A program made the translations under genes and the position numbers. The notes under the pieces were generated by a model. The model was not told the DNA's origin, ran no database searches, and saw only the letters and a program-made list of their open reading frames with translations. Source: SAR202 cluster bacterium AC-647-P02_OGT_505m (lineage in GTDB: Bacteria > Chloroflexota > Dehalococcoidia > Lucifugimonadales > UBA826). From it: a stretch of DNA of 64,000 nt. Positions 19,677 to 29,456 of the stretch are shown here, one piece after another (the first letter of the stretch is position 1; every line of letters begins with the position of its first letter). Where the stretch lies: positions 20,214 through 84,213 of the forward strand of contig VEXB01000002.1 in NCBI GenBank assembly GCA_009391195.1, read 5' to 3'.

Positions 19677-20582
19677 TTGGACGGTCTATATGAGGCCATA
19701 CCATATTTAGTCCTCGGTGTTGGCACAGGGGTTTATGGAATCTTAGTTGGAGCTGGAGGCGGAGTGATTTTAGCGCCTGCTCTGATGATATTTTTTGGAG
19801 TAGAACCTACAGTTGCTGCTGGGACATCCCTCGCTTTGGTGTCAATAAACAGTGTGTCAGGTACTGTCGCCTATAAAAGAAGAGGCCTTGTGGATATAAG
19901 GAGTGGATGGGTATTCGCTTTGTCAGCTGTCCCAGGGTCAATAATTGCTCCTATGGTTTTGGATTCAGCCTCTACAACACTTTTTAAAATATTATTTGGG
20001 TTTCTGTTGCTATTATTGGCTCTCATCATTCTTCTAAGGCCACAATATAGAGAAGATGAATCTGTGTCCGATTCATCTGAGTCTGATCAGGAGTTCGATA
20101 CGATAAATAGAGTTCCATATTGGTTGGATTTCACTCTCACTGATAGAAATATTGTTACAAGAAGAGGGAATACATATAAATATCGTTTCAATGAGTCGCT
20201 TTCCGCTTTTTTTAATCTGTTGCTGGGATTTATTTCCAGCTTTTTTGGGACAGGAGGAGGATTCCTTAGAACACCTATTTTAGTATCCGTTTTTGGATTT
20301 CCTGTTCATGTAGCGGTCGCGACATCTATATTCTCTCTCTCTATTTATGCCACAGTAGGTGCTTTGGTTCATGTCTATCTCGGTCATGTAGATTGGTATC
20401 CTGCACTCGTATGGTCCGGCTTGGGCTTGATCATAGGAGGCCAAATTGGTGCGCGGTTGGTAGAGGTCATTAAGGGAGTTATTATTCTCAGAATACTATT
20501 AGTGGTAGTGATGATAATGGGGATACAGTTGATATTGCAGGGAGCTTGGCCTTCGACGTTTACTTTTACAGGGACGTATTAA
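19677..20582 (+). CDS. TauE/SafE family sulfite/anion exporter
   Basis: 301 aa polytopic protein with two related halves, each carrying GAGGG / GTGGG motifs. Non-ATG start immediately after the aroB stop. Confidence 0.7.
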   Translation: MDGLYEAIPYLVLGVGTGVYGILVGAGGGVILAPALMIFFGVEPTVAAGTSLALVSINSVSGTVAYKRRGLVDIRSGWVFALSAVPGSIIAPMVLDSASTTLFKILFGFLLLLLALIILLRPQYREDESVSDSSESDQEFDTINRVPYWLDFTLTDRNIVTRRGNTYKYRFNESLSAFFNLLLGFISSFFGTGGGFLRTPILVSVFGFPVHVAVATSIFSLSIYATVGALVHVYLGHVDWYPALVWSGLGLIIGGQIGARLVEVIKGVIILRILLVVVMIMGIQLILQGAWPSTFTFTGTY

Positions 20583-20583
20583 C

Positions 20584-21756
20584 TTGGTAAAAAATGGGTT
20601 TTTTAGAATTAATTCTCATTCCGGATCTGCTAGATCTGGAATTATAAAAACTGACCATGGCACAGTAGAAACTCCTGTGTTCATGCCTGTGGCCACCCAA
20701 GGTTCCGTTAAAGCTCTGGACCCACATGATCTGAAGGAATTGGGTGCCAGAGTGGTATTGGGAAACGCATATCATCTCTACCTGAGACCAGGAGATGAGT
20801 TGATACATGGCTTGGGTGGCCTTCACAAGTTTATGGGTTGGGACGGACCAATCCTGACAGATAGTGGCGGATTCCAGGGCTTTAGTTTGAAACATTTGAG
20901 AAATTTACATAAAAACGGAATTACTTTCAGGTCTCACATAGACGGAAGTACTCACACATTGAGTCCGGAATCGATCATGCAAATTCAAGCCAATCTTGGT
21001 TCAGATATAGCTATGCCACTGGATGTGTGTCTTCCATCTGATGCGACTCATGATTCTGTATCTGACGGAATACTAACCACATTCGACTGGGTACAGAGAT
21101 GTAAGGACGCTTGCAGATCTAGGAACCAATTTCTTTTTGGTATTGTCCAAGGGGGTATCTTTAAGGATCTGCGTAAGGAATCAATTGATCAGATGATATC
21201 TTTGGACATGCCAGGGTACTCTATTGGAGGATTGAGCGTCGGAGAATCAAAAAGCCAGCTATACGAAACAGCTGGATTCACCGCTGATCGATTGCCAAAA
21301 AACAAACCAAGATATCTTATGGGTGTGGGCTCCCCAGAAGATTTGGTTGAATGTGTGGCTAGAGGAGTGGATATGTTTGATTGTGTCCTTCCTAGCCGAG
21401 TTGCTCGTAATGGTGCTCTTTATACGAAGAAGGGTAGATTCAATATCACCTCAGCAAGATTCAAAAATATTAACGACCCATTTGACGTTGATTGTGACTG
21501 TTACGCATGTAGTAAGTTTTCCGCTGCCTACATCCATCACTTATTTCGGGCCAAGGAGTATCTTGCATATCGTTTGGCCACAATCCACAATTTAAGGTTT
21601 GTAATCAGGTTAATGGAAGAGATGAGAACTGCTATAGAAGCAGATTGTTTCCCAGTTTACAGAAAGAAATTTTGGGAAAATTATCGTGTCTCAAATGAAA
21701 CTGTACGTGTCAACGAAAGAGAAAAATGGTTGAAGTCATCTGGGATAACCGGATAA
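20584..21756 (+). CDS. tgt: Queuine tRNA-ribosyltransferase
   Basis: 390 aa. VFMPVATQGSVK, LTDSGGFQ, GGLSVGE and the zinc motif CDCYAC...H. Confidence 0.95.
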   Translation: MVKNGFFRINSHSGSARSGIIKTDHGTVETPVFMPVATQGSVKALDPHDLKELGARVVLGNAYHLYLRPGDELIHGLGGLHKFMGWDGPILTDSGGFQGFSLKHLRNLHKNGITFRSHIDGSTHTLSPESIMQIQANLGSDIAMPLDVCLPSDATHDSVSDGILTTFDWVQRCKDACRSRNQFLFGIVQGGIFKDLRKESIDQMISLDMPGYSIGGLSVGESKSQLYETAGFTADRLPKNKPRYLMGVGSPEDLVECVARGVDMFDCVLPSRVARNGALYTKKGRFNITSARFKNINDPFDVDCDCYACSKFSAAYIHHLFRAKEYLAYRLATIHNLRFVIRLMEEMRTAIEADCFPVYRKKFWENYRVSNETVRVNEREKWLKSSGITG

Positions 21757-21776
21757 CTATGAAGTTAATTTTATAG

Positions 21777-22055
21777 TCAGAATCCCCCTGCCACAGCTGG
21801 TACGATGCTAACTTCATCTCCAGATGATACCGAGCTGTTCATTCCGTTCAAGAAACGGACATCTTCTCCGTTAATATAGACGTTGACAAAACTCCTTAGT
21901 TCGCCATCATCGTCACATATACGAGCTTTAAGCCCAGGGAACTGTACCTCTAGTGACTTTACAACTTCTGCCATAGTTCCAGCGTCTACAGAGGCTTTAT
22001 CCTCTCCATTGGTAACCTTACGAAGCGGTGTTGGAATCCTGACGATAGCACTCAT
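21777..22055 (-). CDS. MoaD/ThiS/CysO-type ubiquitin-like sulfur carrier protein, C-terminus AVAGG-F
   Basis: 92 aa. FVNVYINGEDVRF...GDEVSIVPAVAGGF matches the CysO/MoaD pattern but has one residue after the Gly-Gly. Confidence 0.8.
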   Translation of the reverse strand: MSAIVRIPTPLRKVTNGEDKASVDAGTMAEVVKSLEVQFPGLKARICDDDGELRSFVNVYINGEDVRFLNGMNSSVSSGDEVSIVPAVAGGF

Positions 22056-22101
22056 TTTATTATCCTCTTTACTAAGATCTACTTATTATTGAGATCTAGA
22101 A

Positions 22102-22344
22102 CTAACCTTCTATTATGTCTCCGCCAACTGGGTCCACGCGTACACCGGTTGAAGCTACCCAGTCCAACCCGTCCTTAATGATTTCGTCGTCACCCTCTAA
22201 TTCTAAGACTACCCAACCCATTGAGTCCCGTACATCCGCTCTTCTTATGTTGGTGACGATTTCAAAATCAATACCTAGTTTGTAAATAACGGGTTCTTTT
22301 ATCAACTCGGAAGGAAATGTAAATCGCACTCTTTTGGTAGACAT
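22102..22344 (-). CDS. NIL domain-containing protein
   Basis: 80 aa. VRFTFPSELIKEPVIYKLGIDFEIVTNIRRADV...GWVVLELEG fits the NIL (MetN C-terminal-like) domain pattern. Confidence 0.7.
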   Translation of the reverse strand: MSTKRVRFTFPSELIKEPVIYKLGIDFEIVTNIRRADVRDSMGWVVLELEGDDEIIKDGLDWVASTGVRVDPVGGDIIEG

Positions 22345-22355
22345 TCGGATATATC

Positions 22356-23588
22356 CTAGGATTTTTGGGCTGCTGCCAAGGCGGTTTGAAACGTCTCGTA
22401 GTCAGGAGTGGTTTGAATAGGTTCTACAAAGTCTCCCATCGCTTCCATAGTTTTCAGACCATTTCCCGTCACATATGCAACGGTAACTTCATCTCTCTTA
22501 ATTTTTCCCTGCTCTACTAGTTTTTTTAGACTGGATATAACTACTCCTCCAGCTGTTTCGGTGAATATACCTTCGGTTTCAGCGAGTAGTTTTATTCCAT
22601 CTATTATAGTATTTTCTTCTGCGTAAACACCTGTTCCATCTGTTTCTTTCAAGACTTCTAGGGAGTATGGTCCCGCTGCAGGATTGCCGATTGCCAGTGA
22701 TTTTGCCAGTGTCTCTGGCCTGACTGGCGTAACATGGTCGCTTCCTGTTTCAAAAGCACCAACAATAGGGGAACAACCTTCTGGTTGAGCAAGGTGCATC
22801 TTTGTTTTGAGGTTTTCTATCAAACCTATGTCGTTAAATTCTTGAAGGCCTTTCCATATTTTTGTGTGAAGCTCTCCAGATGCCCCGGGGACCACGCAAT
22901 GATCCGGAGCCTTCCAACCGAGTTGCTCTGCTACTTCATATCCTAGTGTCTTGCTACCTTCAGCATAAAACGGTCTCATATTGATATTTACGAAAGCCCA
23001 GCGGTGATTATCCGCTAGTTCACTACAAAATCTATTGGCATGATCATAATTGCCTGTGACAGCTACCATAGTCGGACCATAGACTGCCGCCCCTTGGATT
23101 TTTCCCTGTTCCAGGTCAGCAGGATAAAAAACCATGGTTTTCATGCCAGCCTTTGCGCCATGAGCGGCAACGGACCCCATCAAATTACCTGTAGATACGC
23201 ATGCAAGTACTTCAAACTCAAATTCCAGAGCCTTAGTAGTTGTTACGGATACAGGACGATCTTTAAACGAGTAGGTCGGGTTTACACTGTCATTTTTTAT
23301 ATAAAGTTTGTCTAGTCCTAACTGGCTTCCTAGGTTTTTAGCATGAATCAGAGGAGTAAACCCAGTCGATATATCAATGGCTAACTCTCTGTCCACAGGT
23401 AGGAAGTCATGGTATCTCCACATTGTATTTGGACCAGCAGCAATAGATTCTCTACTCACGGCTTTGGAAATAGATTCATAATCGTACTCTACCTCAAGTG
23501 GGCCGAAGCAGAATTCGCAAGCGTTAAGCGGCTCTATAGGGTACTCGCTTCCACATTCACGGCACCTTAGACACTTTACGTGTGGCAA
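22356..23588 (-). CDS. Threonine synthase-like PLP enzyme with an N-terminal zinc ribbon (possible carrier-dependent homocysteine/cysteine synthase)
   Basis: 410 aa. CLRCRECG...CEFC ribbon and the SFKDR PLP-lysine motif. TTG start with AGGAG 7 nt upstream. Confidence 0.8.
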   Translation of the reverse strand: MPHVKCLRCRECGSEYPIEPLNACEFCFGPLEVEYDYESISKAVSRESIAAGPNTMWRYHDFLPVDRELAIDISTGFTPLIHAKNLGSQLGLDKLYIKNDSVNPTYSFKDRPVSVTTTKALEFEFEVLACVSTGNLMGSVAAHGAKAGMKTMVFYPADLEQGKIQGAAVYGPTMVAVTGNYDHANRFCSELADNHRWAFVNINMRPFYAEGSKTLGYEVAEQLGWKAPDHCVVPGASGELHTKIWKGLQEFNDIGLIENLKTKMHLAQPEGCSPIVGAFETGSDHVTPVRPETLAKSLAIGNPAAGPYSLEVLKETDGTGVYAEENTIIDGIKLLAETEGIFTETAGGVVISSLKKLVEQGKIKRDEVTVAYVTGNGLKTMEAMGDFVEPIQTTPDYETFQTALAAAQKS

Positions 23589-23660
23589 CTCATCGCTCCT
23601 ATAACTGAAAAGGGACTCTATTTGAATATCGGGTTGGGAGGCCCTTTAGGTCAGGAAAAA

Positions 23661-23690
23661 ATATTAGCAATCCGTTAGTAAGAGTGTCAA
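23661..23690 (-). promoter_or_regulatory. Candidate sigma-70-type promoter for the thrC-like cluster
   Basis: On the reverse complement: TTGACA, 18-nt spacer, TAATAT. It lies about 70 nt upstream of the TTG start. Confidence 0.4.
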
Positions 23691-23703
23691 GGAATACATT
23701 GTT

Positions 23704-24993
23704 TCACTTAAACCTCCGAGGGTCATGATGAGATTCCGCAGGGCCTACAACGGCAATGTTCATATTTTCTTCAAGGAGATACTCAGAGCTAACATTCATT
23801 ATTTCATCTAAACTTACATCGGTAAGTTTCTTCACATAGTCTTTGGTAGACTGGAACGGGTCTTCATTGAGAGTTTGATTGCAATTCCAGTTTGCTACTG
23901 ACCGCGTATCTTCCCTGTTTAACTTCAGGCGCCCTGTAAATAGTGACTTTACTTTGTCAAGTTCTTCGATATTAGTATTGGTTTTTATTTCTTGTAACTC
24001 TTTAGATATCAGGTGAATAGCCGTTTCATATTTATTTTTGTCTACCGCTGCGTATATATTTATCGCTCCAGTGTCTGTATGGTGACTGACGCCAGCACCT
24101 ATATCGTAGGCTAGTCCTCGTTTTTCCCGAATTTCTTGAAACAATCGACTGCTCATACCTTCTCCAAGTATCGCTATAAGAAGGTCTAGAGCATAGCGAG
24201 ATTTACTGTGCCGGCTTGCTCCTGGGAACCCTATCGATATATGTGACTGCTCCAATGCTCTTTCTTCACTTATGAATCGAGGTTTATTCGCCACATAATT
24301 CACGTCATCAAAAGTATTGGACACGCTACGATTCAGTGATTCCGTCAGAGGTTGCACGAACTCAATTATTTCATTGTGATTCAATTTGCCTGCTACGCTG
24401 ACTACCAGGTTATTAGAGCTGTATTTATTTTGCATGAATTCGACGAGAGATTCATGAGTTAGTTGCGATACTGACTCAATAGTTCCGGCGATATCTCTTC
24501 CCAGAGAGGTTCCAGGCCACATTAGCTCGTCAAGCATTACTTCCGCTCGTGAATTTGGGTAATCGCCAACGCTGTTAATTTCTTCAATAATGACTTGGCG
24601 TTCCAATTCTAGGTCGACAGGTTTGAGGAGAGGTTCTGTGATCAATTGCAAAAGCAGTTGAATACTTTCTTGGGTTTTTTCTGCTAGTGAGCGACACCAA
24701 TATATAGTGGTTTCATAATCGGTTGCGGCGTTAAGAGACCCTCCACTCATTTCTATTATTTCACTTATTTTAGAAGGGTCCGGGACGCTTTCCGTTCCCT
24801 TGAACAACATGTGCTCAATCAGGTGGGCCATTCCTTCTAGTCCAGGAGGTTCATGTCTTGAACCACACCTGACCCCAACATTTATAGCAATTGATTCTAC
24901 GTAAGGAATTTCCTCAGTTATGATGGTCAATCCGTTGGCAAGAGTGTGCGTCTGGACATTTCTTTGAGGCCTGGCTAACCTGGAGTTAGTCAA
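23704..24993 (-). CDS. M16 family (pitrilysin-like) zinc peptidase
   Basis: 429 aa with the HLIEHMLFKGT inverted zinc motif (HxxEH). Confidence 0.85.
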   Translation of the reverse strand: MTNSRLARPQRNVQTHTLANGLTIITEEIPYVESIAINVGVRCGSRHEPPGLEGMAHLIEHMLFKGTESVPDPSKISEIIEMSGGSLNAATDYETTIYWCRSLAEKTQESIQLLLQLITEPLLKPVDLELERQVIIEEINSVGDYPNSRAEVMLDELMWPGTSLGRDIAGTIESVSQLTHESLVEFMQNKYSSNNLVVSVAGKLNHNEIIEFVQPLTESLNRSVSNTFDDVNYVANKPRFISEERALEQSHISIGFPGASRHSKSRYALDLLIAILGEGMSSRLFQEIREKRGLAYDIGAGVSHHTDTGAINIYAAVDKNKYETAIHLISKELQEIKTNTNIEELDKVKSLFTGRLKLNREDTRSVANWNCNQTLNEDPFQSTKDYVKKLTDVSLDEIMNVSSEYLLEENMNIAVVGPAESHHDPRRFK

Positions 24994-25876
24994 CTTGTCT
25001 AATTTCTACGCCAGCGCGTTCTTCTTGTAACTTGGCAATCGCTACTGTTGATTGGCCTCCCCAACCCTTGTTTTGCGCCTCAACATATTTCTGTTGAATT
25101 AGATTTGACACATCCATCGGAACTCTTAAGCTTCTACCCAAATTTGTGGCTAGGCCGACATCTTTTGAACCCAGATCTAGTTTGAACCCAGGTTCGAAAT
25201 TGCCTTCGAATAGCCCAGTTGGGAATGTGTGCATTTGCCTTGTTTCTCCTGAGCTCATTGAGACAGCATTGTAAAGGGTCATTGGGTCTACTCCGGCCTT
25301 TACTCCAAGACTGAAAGCCTCTGATAATACAACTCCTAGAGTCATTCCGATTAAGTTATTAACAATCTTACAGACAGCGCCCGCACCCAAATTGCCACAG
25401 TACACGACCTGATTTCCTATGAGGTCTAGTACAGATTTGTAATCATCGTATTTATTTTTGTCTCCTCCCACCATTACACATAATGTTCCTTGCTCGGCGC
25501 CAATAGTTCCACCACTCACAGGCGCATCAAGAACGCTCATACCCTTTTGGGCAGCCGCATTGGAAATACGAGATATTGTCTCAGGATCAGTAGTGCTTAA
25601 ATCAAAAAATGTTGTTCCTTCTAATGCACCAGCCAATATGCCCCCCTCCCCCATCACAACTTGTTCAACATCTTGTGGCGTCGGCAGGGAAGTGAATATA
25701 ACTTCGCTAACAGCAGCAACTTTGCTAGGGCTGGGTGCCCATTTAGCCCCCGCTGTAATTAATTCTTTAGCGGCAGTTTCGGAAATATCGTAGATGGTCA
25801 GGTCGTGCCCTCCATCTACGATGTGTTTAGCCATATGTTGTCCCATGAAACCTACACCAATAAAACCAACTTTCAT
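24986..25876 (-). CDS. NAD(P)-dependent 3-hydroxyisobutyrate / beta-hydroxyacid dehydrogenase family oxidoreductase
   Basis: MKVGFIGVGFMG Rossmann start with GGAGAA upstream. The ORF is open to an earlier ATG at 25897. Overlaps the M16 gene by 8 nt. Confidence 0.8.
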   Translation of the reverse strand: MKVGFIGVGFMGQHMAKHIVDGGHDLTIYDISETAAKELITAGAKWAPSPSKVAAVSEVIFTSLPTPQDVEQVVMGEGGILAGALEGTTFFDLSTTDPETISRISNAAAQKGMSVLDAPVSGGTIGAEQGTLCVMVGGDKNKYDDYKSVLDLIGNQVVYCGNLGAGAVCKIVNNLIGMTLGVVLSEAFSLGVKAGVDPMTLYNAVSMSSGETRQMHTFPTGLFEGNFEPGFKLDLGSKDVGLATNLGRSLRVPMDVSNLIQQKYVEAQNKGWGGQSTVAIAKLQEERAGVEIRQVD

Positions 25877-26061
25877 ATTTTCTTTTCTCCAGCCCATTGA
25901 TTTATTATTTAAGCAGTTAATGTGACTCTAGAACTTTACTTCACTTGAGATATTATTGCTCACGTGAAGTTAAATTATAGCGAGACAATAAAATTGACTT
26001 ATTAGTTTCCAGTCTTAGAGATCTAAAAAGGAAAGATTTAAAAGTGTGGTTTAAATTGTAA

Positions 26062-26370
26062 TTGAGGCTGTATATTTCAGATATGTCATTCTTAGATTTC
26101 GTTATGTTCCCATTTATCAAATTTATTCAAGCGATGATTTCATTTGTTGATTCGTGTCCGCCATATATACACATAGAGGGACTTCTGGAGGGAAAGGAAG
26201 TATTGGAAGACAATGATAAAACCGTCATTTATATATCATCAAAGCGAGTAGAAGTGGATCCATACACCTTTGGGATTTTAATGATAGGAGAAAATCTGAG
26301 AATAAGATCTACGAGGAGTTACAGGGCTGTTAGCATAGACAGAATTATTCCAGAGCAGGGACCTGTGTAA
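26062..26370 (+). CDS. Hypothetical protein
   Basis: The only ORF of 60 aa or more in a 486-nt gap. 102 aa with a hydrophobic N-terminus. No recognisable motif, and an internal ATG at 26083 may be the real start. Confidence 0.35.
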   Translation: MRLYISDMSFLDFVMFPFIKFIQAMISFVDSCPPYIHIEGLLEGKEVLEDNDKTVIYISSKRVEVDPYTFGILMIGENLRIRSTRSYRAVSIDRIIPEQGPV

Positions 26371-26383
26371 ATATCTTTAGGAG

Positions 26384-29284
26384 TTAAATATACTCTGATA
26401 GTAGCTCAACAAGGTGTTTGGTTTCCCTCTTTGTTCCCTGTTGAATCTGTTGCCTGCAGGAGACACCTTCACTCACAATTATAACGTCTTCATTTTCTTT
26501 TCTGATTGCTGGGAAAAGAGTGTCTTCCCCTATTTGCATGGAGATGTCAAAGTGATCTTTATAAAAGCCGAATGACCCTGCCATTCCACAGCAACCTGAT
26601 TTTATTTCCATGGATTCCACACCTGGTATTGTTTTCAATACCTCCATCGCAGAGGTTGTTCCCACGAGAGCTTTCTGATGGCAGTGACCATGAAATGCGA
26701 CTTTCTGTCCTTGAGGAGGATTGGAGAATTGGAATTGCTCTTCTTTCTTGATCGCGTATAGAAAGAAATCTTCTATCAGCATAGTGTTTTTGGATATCTC
26801 TTTCGCTTTTTCCGGCTCTGAGGCGAGATCAGTGAAGTCACTGATAAAGCCAAGAACACAGCTGGGTTCTATTCCTACTAGTTTGGCTCCCATCTCTATG
26901 TAGGGGTAAATAGAGGAAATGTTGAAATCTACATTTGATTTTGCATGAGACATCATTCCATTGGATAACATGGGCCTTCCACAGCAACGGGAGTCTGGCA
27001 ATATCACTTTGTATCCTAACTTTTCGATAATATTGACGGTGGCAATTCCCAGTTCTGGGTGATTGTAATTAGTTGTAGTATCTGGGAATAGAACGACCAA
27101 ACCTTTGGGAATTTTTGGAATTGCTTTACCGTCCCGTGACCGGAACCATTGCTGAAAAGTTTGTGGGGCAAAGTTTGGTAGGCTTCTCCTTTTATCTATT
27201 CCAATCGTTTTTTCCAACACTTGTTTGGAAAGTGAACTGTTCATAATCCAGTTTGAAATTGGCGCAAAAAAAGAGCCGATCTTGCTTAGTAGATCCACAT
27301 TCCCAAAAAACCTGTTATTTAGTTTGTAACCATTTTCCGAATGATAGATGTTCAAAAACTCGTACTTCAATTTCGCCATATCCACATTTGAAGGACATTC
27401 CGCTTTGCAAGCCTTGCATTCAAGGCATAAGTCCATAACTTGGTAGAGCCTGTCACTAGTTAACATGTCAGTAGGAATGGCCCCGGACATAGCGGCTCTT
27501 AAAGCGTTTGCACGTCCTCTTGTAGAGTGTTCTTCATCGCGAGTTGCCATATAAGAAGGGCACATAGTACCGCCATGTACTTTTCTACAGGCTCCTTGGC
27601 CATTGCACATTTCCACTGCTGTTGCGAAGTTTCCTTCCTCTGCGAATTCGAAACCTGTTTTAGGAGACAATGTTCTATATGTTGTCCCATAGCGAAGGTT
27701 TTCGGTCATTGGTGGTGAGTCCACTATCTTCCCGGGGTTCATTATTCTCTTGGGATCGAAAGTGGTTTTAACATCTCTGAATGCTTGATAGATTTGACTT
27801 CCGAACATTTTCTCGTTGTAGCCACTTCGGACTAAACCATCACCATGTTCTCCACTCATTGATCCACCGAATTCTAGGACTAGGTCACTTATTTCATCAG
27901 AAATTGCGACCATACGATCTATACCTTCTTGGTTTTTTAGATTGATGAGTGGTCGAATATGGAGGCATCCCACGCTAGCGTGGCCGTAGTATCCTGCTTC
28001 CGTGCCATGCTTTCTTACGATTGAGTCGAATCTTCGGACAAACTCAGGGAGTACATCAGGGGATACGGCAGTATCTTCAACGAACGGAAGAGGCTTGGCA
28101 TCGCCTGGAACATTCATCATCAAACCAAGGCCTGCTTTTCTTACATCCCATACCTTTTCCTGGTCTGAGGAGTCGGTCATCCAGACCAGCGAATATCCCC
28201 ATCCACCTCCAGTCATCTTTGCCTTAAGCAAATTAAATTTGTGCTCTAATTCGTTCTCTGAGTCAGCAACTAATTCAATGGCTAATAAGGCCTCAGGTTG
28301 ACCTTCTATAAAGTCAGTAATTCTCGAATAAGCTAGGTTGGATTGGGCCTGGCGGATAATCATGCTTCCTATCAGTTCAATTGCAGATGGATCTAAGTCC
28401 AAGGCCGCTACAGTGGCTTCCATCGATTCTATCAATTCCAAACAGTGTAGTACTGCCAAACCTTTATATTTTGGGGTTGGAACGACTCTTAATTTAGCCT
28501 CCGTGATTGTAACCAATGTACCTTCGGAACCGACCACAAACCTGGCCATGTTGAAATTGTTTCCACCTACAAATTCATCCAAGTTATAGCCAGAGACACG
28601 CCTTTGTATTTTAGGATATCGTGAGAGAACCTCGTCCCTGTTAGCCTCTCCAATTTCAAAGAGTGACCTATATATGTCGCCTTCGAAAGCGCTTCCGCGC
28701 ATCTTTGCTTCAAGAGTATCTCCAGTTAATTGGCCAAATGTCACCGGGTCCCCGTTTGAGAGAATAACATCAAGCTCATGAACATTATCAACTGTTTTTC
28801 CCCACATAATTGAATGGGCTCCACACGAGTTATTGCCCAGCGCGCCACCTACATTTCCTCTGCTACTTGTACTTGGATCAGGCGCGAAGAGAACGTTATG
28901 TGGAGCAAGTATTCGGTTCAGCTCATCGAGAATGATGCCCGGTTGAGTACGGACCCAGCCTTCATCTGCGTTGATTTCGACAACATCTCTCATATATCTT
29001 GAAAAATCTAAAATTATAGATTCTCCCACTGTTTGGCCGGCTAGACTGGTACCACCTCCTCGGGGTAGTACCGAAACTCCGTATTTATGAGCAGTTTCTA
29101 GTACTGCGATAACGTCATCATTTGATTTTGGTAGGACTACGCCAACTGGTTCAATCTGGTAAATACTCGCGTCTGTACTCCAAAGAGCCCTAGACATTTT
29201 GTCAAATCTCACTTCTCCCTGAACCTGTGAAGTGAGTTCTTCTACTAATTGTTGGGTATCTGAGGCGTTAGCTTGAACGGTCAT
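26384..29284 (-). CDS. Fused FAD-binding oxidase (GlcD/D-lactate dehydrogenase-like) and Fe-S/CCG-domain (GlcF-like) protein
   Basis: 966 aa. N-terminal FAD PCMH domain (PRGGGTSLAGQ), two 4Fe-4S-type Cys clusters (CNGQGAC...CPSY and CLECKACKAECP) and C-terminal CCG motifs. Confidence 0.85.
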   Translation of the reverse strand: MTVQANASDTQQLVEELTSQVQGEVRFDKMSRALWSTDASIYQIEPVGVVLPKSNDDVIAVLETAHKYGVSVLPRGGGTSLAGQTVGESIILDFSRYMRDVVEINADEGWVRTQPGIILDELNRILAPHNVLFAPDPSTSSRGNVGGALGNNSCGAHSIMWGKTVDNVHELDVILSNGDPVTFGQLTGDTLEAKMRGSAFEGDIYRSLFEIGEANRDEVLSRYPKIQRRVSGYNLDEFVGGNNFNMARFVVGSEGTLVTITEAKLRVVPTPKYKGLAVLHCLELIESMEATVAALDLDPSAIELIGSMIIRQAQSNLAYSRITDFIEGQPEALLAIELVADSENELEHKFNLLKAKMTGGGWGYSLVWMTDSSDQEKVWDVRKAGLGLMMNVPGDAKPLPFVEDTAVSPDVLPEFVRRFDSIVRKHGTEAGYYGHASVGCLHIRPLINLKNQEGIDRMVAISDEISDLVLEFGGSMSGEHGDGLVRSGYNEKMFGSQIYQAFRDVKTTFDPKRIMNPGKIVDSPPMTENLRYGTTYRTLSPKTGFEFAEEGNFATAVEMCNGQGACRKVHGGTMCPSYMATRDEEHSTRGRANALRAAMSGAIPTDMLTSDRLYQVMDLCLECKACKAECPSNVDMAKLKYEFLNIYHSENGYKLNNRFFGNVDLLSKIGSFFAPISNWIMNSSLSKQVLEKTIGIDKRRSLPNFAPQTFQQWFRSRDGKAIPKIPKGLVVLFPDTTTNYNHPELGIATVNIIEKLGYKVILPDSRCCGRPMLSNGMMSHAKSNVDFNISSIYPYIEMGAKLVGIEPSCVLGFISDFTDLASEPEKAKEISKNTMLIEDFFLYAIKKEEQFQFSNPPQGQKVAFHGHCHQKALVGTTSAMEVLKTIPGVESMEIKSGCCGMAGSFGFYKDHFDISMQIGEDTLFPAIRKENEDVIIVSEGVSCRQQIQQGTKRETKHLVELLSEYI

Positions 29285-29456
29285 AGTTAGGGTCTACTTC
29301 TCCAATAAAATGACGAATGTATGAGTCTAAGTGGGCTAAAGAGTAGCACAGTCATATGAGTGCGATTGGGTCAGAACTATGAAAATATCTTTTGAGATTG
29401 GAACGTGTCCGTGTTGTCCTATGAGCCGGGATCGAAGAAAAACTACACAAGTATAA

